DNA from: an uncultured Pseudomonadota bacterium
GTDB taxonomy: Bacteria; Pseudomonadota; Alphaproteobacteria; Rs-D84
NCBI GenBank assembly: GCA_947165335.1
Contig: CAMVAB010000001.1
Location: 1-59,004 of the forward strand
Length of the DNA stretch: 59,004 nucleotides
Direction: 5' to 3'
Shown: one piece after another, positions 57,802 through 59,004 of the stretch
Layout of the letters: every line of letters starts with the position of its first letter
Position numbering within the stretch: position 1 is the first letter of the stretch
Translations under genes and position numbers: made by a program
Notes under the pieces: generated by a model
Told to the model about the DNA's origin: nothing
Databases searched by the model: none
Seen by the model: only the letters and a program-made list of their open reading frames with translations

Positions 57802-57981
57802 ATGGCATCTAAAAAAGGTAGTAAAGAAGTTATAAAACTGGAAAACAAAGAAACCGGTTTTTATTACACAACAACAAAAAACACAAAATCTGAAAATACA
57901 GCGGGTAAAATGAAATTCCGTAAATACGATCCAAAATTACGTAAACACGTTGTATTTACAGAAGGTAAAATGAGCCACTAA
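57802..57981 (+). CDS. rpmG: 50S ribosomal protein L33 (59 aa; below the ORF-track cutoff)
   Basis: Manual translation gives MASKKGSKEVIKLENKETGFYYTTTKNTKSENTAGKMKFRKYDPKLRKHVVFTEGKMSH. AAGGTAA RBS upstream. Confidence 0.85.
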   Translation: MASKKGSKEVIKLENKETGFYYTTTKNTKSENTAGKMKFRKYDPKLRKHVVFTEGKMSH

Positions 57982-58006
57982 AGATTTTGGTGCATTTATA
58001 AGATTT

Positions 58007-58036
58007 AAAAACACCGGTTTTCACCGGTGTTTTTTT
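58007..58036 (+). terminator. rpmG terminator
   Basis: acaccggt-tttc-accggtgt followed by T6. Confidence 0.8.
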
Positions 58037-58245
58037 CGGCTTAGGAAGGGACCGAAAACTGATTTGTTCCCCTCTGGCTAGAGGGGTGCCGGAACGGCGG
58101 GGTGTTGCAGGTTCTCCCCTTGGGGGGAGTACCGGCGCAGCCGGGGAGGGAGGATCCCCCGCCACAGGCGGGGAATAAAAAACACCCACTTTCGTGGGTG
58201 TTTGCGTGTTGCCGTGCCGCGTGTATTCGCCCCGTTTCGTTCACA

Positions 58246-59004
58246 TCATTGTGCGACCGACCCGAAAAGCCCGACGCGCATAGCCTCGCCGCCCCGGGCG
58301 CGGGAGCCACAGTAGCTCGCGCAATTCGAAGCGCACGAGGCGGCGGACCCGCGGTCGCCGTTGAACACCCAAAGCGACGATGATGCATTTTGTTTATTTC
58401 CATTTAATGGTTTATATCCCGTTGCCTTACACCAACAGTATTGGCCCGTGCTATTTTTATTATATGATGCATCGGTAACGTATAATTTTGACCATATCTC
58501 GCCAGTTGCTTCGTCATATGTTATTGTGCCATTACTGTATCTTGTAAATATATCGGCTGCTATTGCGCCTTTTTCCTGACCAGCCAACGATGTATAGTTT
58601 GCTAAGAATTCATATGGATCCATTTGGCCGCCAACGGCAGATTCTACATTAGCTACAAAATACGCCATACCCGCATCCAATGTTGGTTGGCAACTCGCTT
58701 CACCGTATACTGTGCCATAACTGAATTCTGTTTTCCATTCGTTGACCGCTAAATCGCTTAATGCCGCACTTTCCTGGGTACATACACTTGCCCCTTCAGA
58801 ATCAACAGTCCCATCGCCATATGCAGAACAATAATCTGTATTATTATTCCACCCATGTCCGTAAGAATGATTGCCATCTATCGATGCATTTAATGTGGAC
58901 AGGTCAAATCCACGCACACGCCAGCCGCCGAATGTATATCCGGTCTTTGTCATTGTATTTGTTGGTAATGTTATCACACTGTCGTATGTACATGTGTTCG
59001 CTGT
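58246..59004 (-). CDS. DGR variable protein 2 (Flg_new repeats + large Cys-containing domain + VR2; 5' end outside window)
   Basis: The frame stays open to the window edge (TANTCTYDSVITLPTNTMTKTGYTFGGW...). C-terminus is YCWCK...SLWVFNGDRGSAASCASNCASYCGSRARGGEAMRVGLFGSVAQ. Confidence 0.85.
   Translation of the reverse strand, partial: TANTCTYDSVITLPTNTMTKTGYTFGGWRVRGFDLSTLNASIDGNHSYGHGWNNNTDYCSAYGDGTVDSEGASVCTQESAALSDLAVNEWKTEFSYGTVYGEASCQPTLDAGMAYFVANVESAVGGQMDPYEFLANYTSLAGQEKGAIAADIFTRYSNGTITYDEATGEIWSKLYVTDASYNKNSTGQYCWCKATGYKPLNGNKQNASSSLWVFNGDRGSAASCASNCASYCGSRARGGEAMRVGLFGSVAQ
58253..58379 (-). repeat. DGR variable repeat 2 (VR2), remote from TR
   Basis: 127 nt colinear with TR 36704-36830. 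16 mismatches, all at TR adenines. Confidence 0.9.

Overview
AT-rich chromosomal segment from a Gram-negative bacterium. bamA, rseP, an RNase E with an acidic S1 insertion and an alphaproteobacterial-type CI-like HTH gene suggest a low-GC alphaproteobacterium. All calls come from reading the ORF translations and the DNA by eye; no searches were run.

Layout:
- 1-20997: housekeeping genes (recG, M48/TPR protease, rne, PBP1A, ligA, tRNA-His/tRNA-Ala, frr-uppS-cdsA-rseP-bamA, yraN).
- 20994-33158: a compact podovirus-like (T7/BPP-1-style) head and tail-tube module on the minus strand. I found no integrase, replication or fibre genes. Its large terminase is split into two ORFs by an opposite-strand cassette carrying dnaB and an XRE regulator.
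- 33305-34668: birA and two small HTH genes.
- 34844-39280: a diversity-generating retroelement (DGR), described below.
- 39321-45037: priA, an APH-like kinase, miaA and gap.
- 45064-57736: an aryl-polyene-like type II PKS/lipid cluster.
- 57802-57981: rpmG.
- 58210-59004: a second, remote DGR target.

The DGR is the strongest signal. It has a DGR-type reverse transcriptase, a 135-nt GC-rich template repeat (TR) rich in AAC codons, and two variable repeats (VR). VR1 is adjacent and VR2 lies about 21 kb away. All 27 TR/VR mismatches (11 + 16) fall on TR adenines.

Unusual aspects of the DGR:
- a non-Avd-like 108-aa ORF sits between TR and RT;
- the diversified domain is small, secreted and Cys-rich (YCWCK...SLWVFNGD...EAMRVGLFGSVAQ);
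- an identical 43-nt element follows both VRs;
- a neighbouring paralog carries a decayed, AT-drifted former VR.
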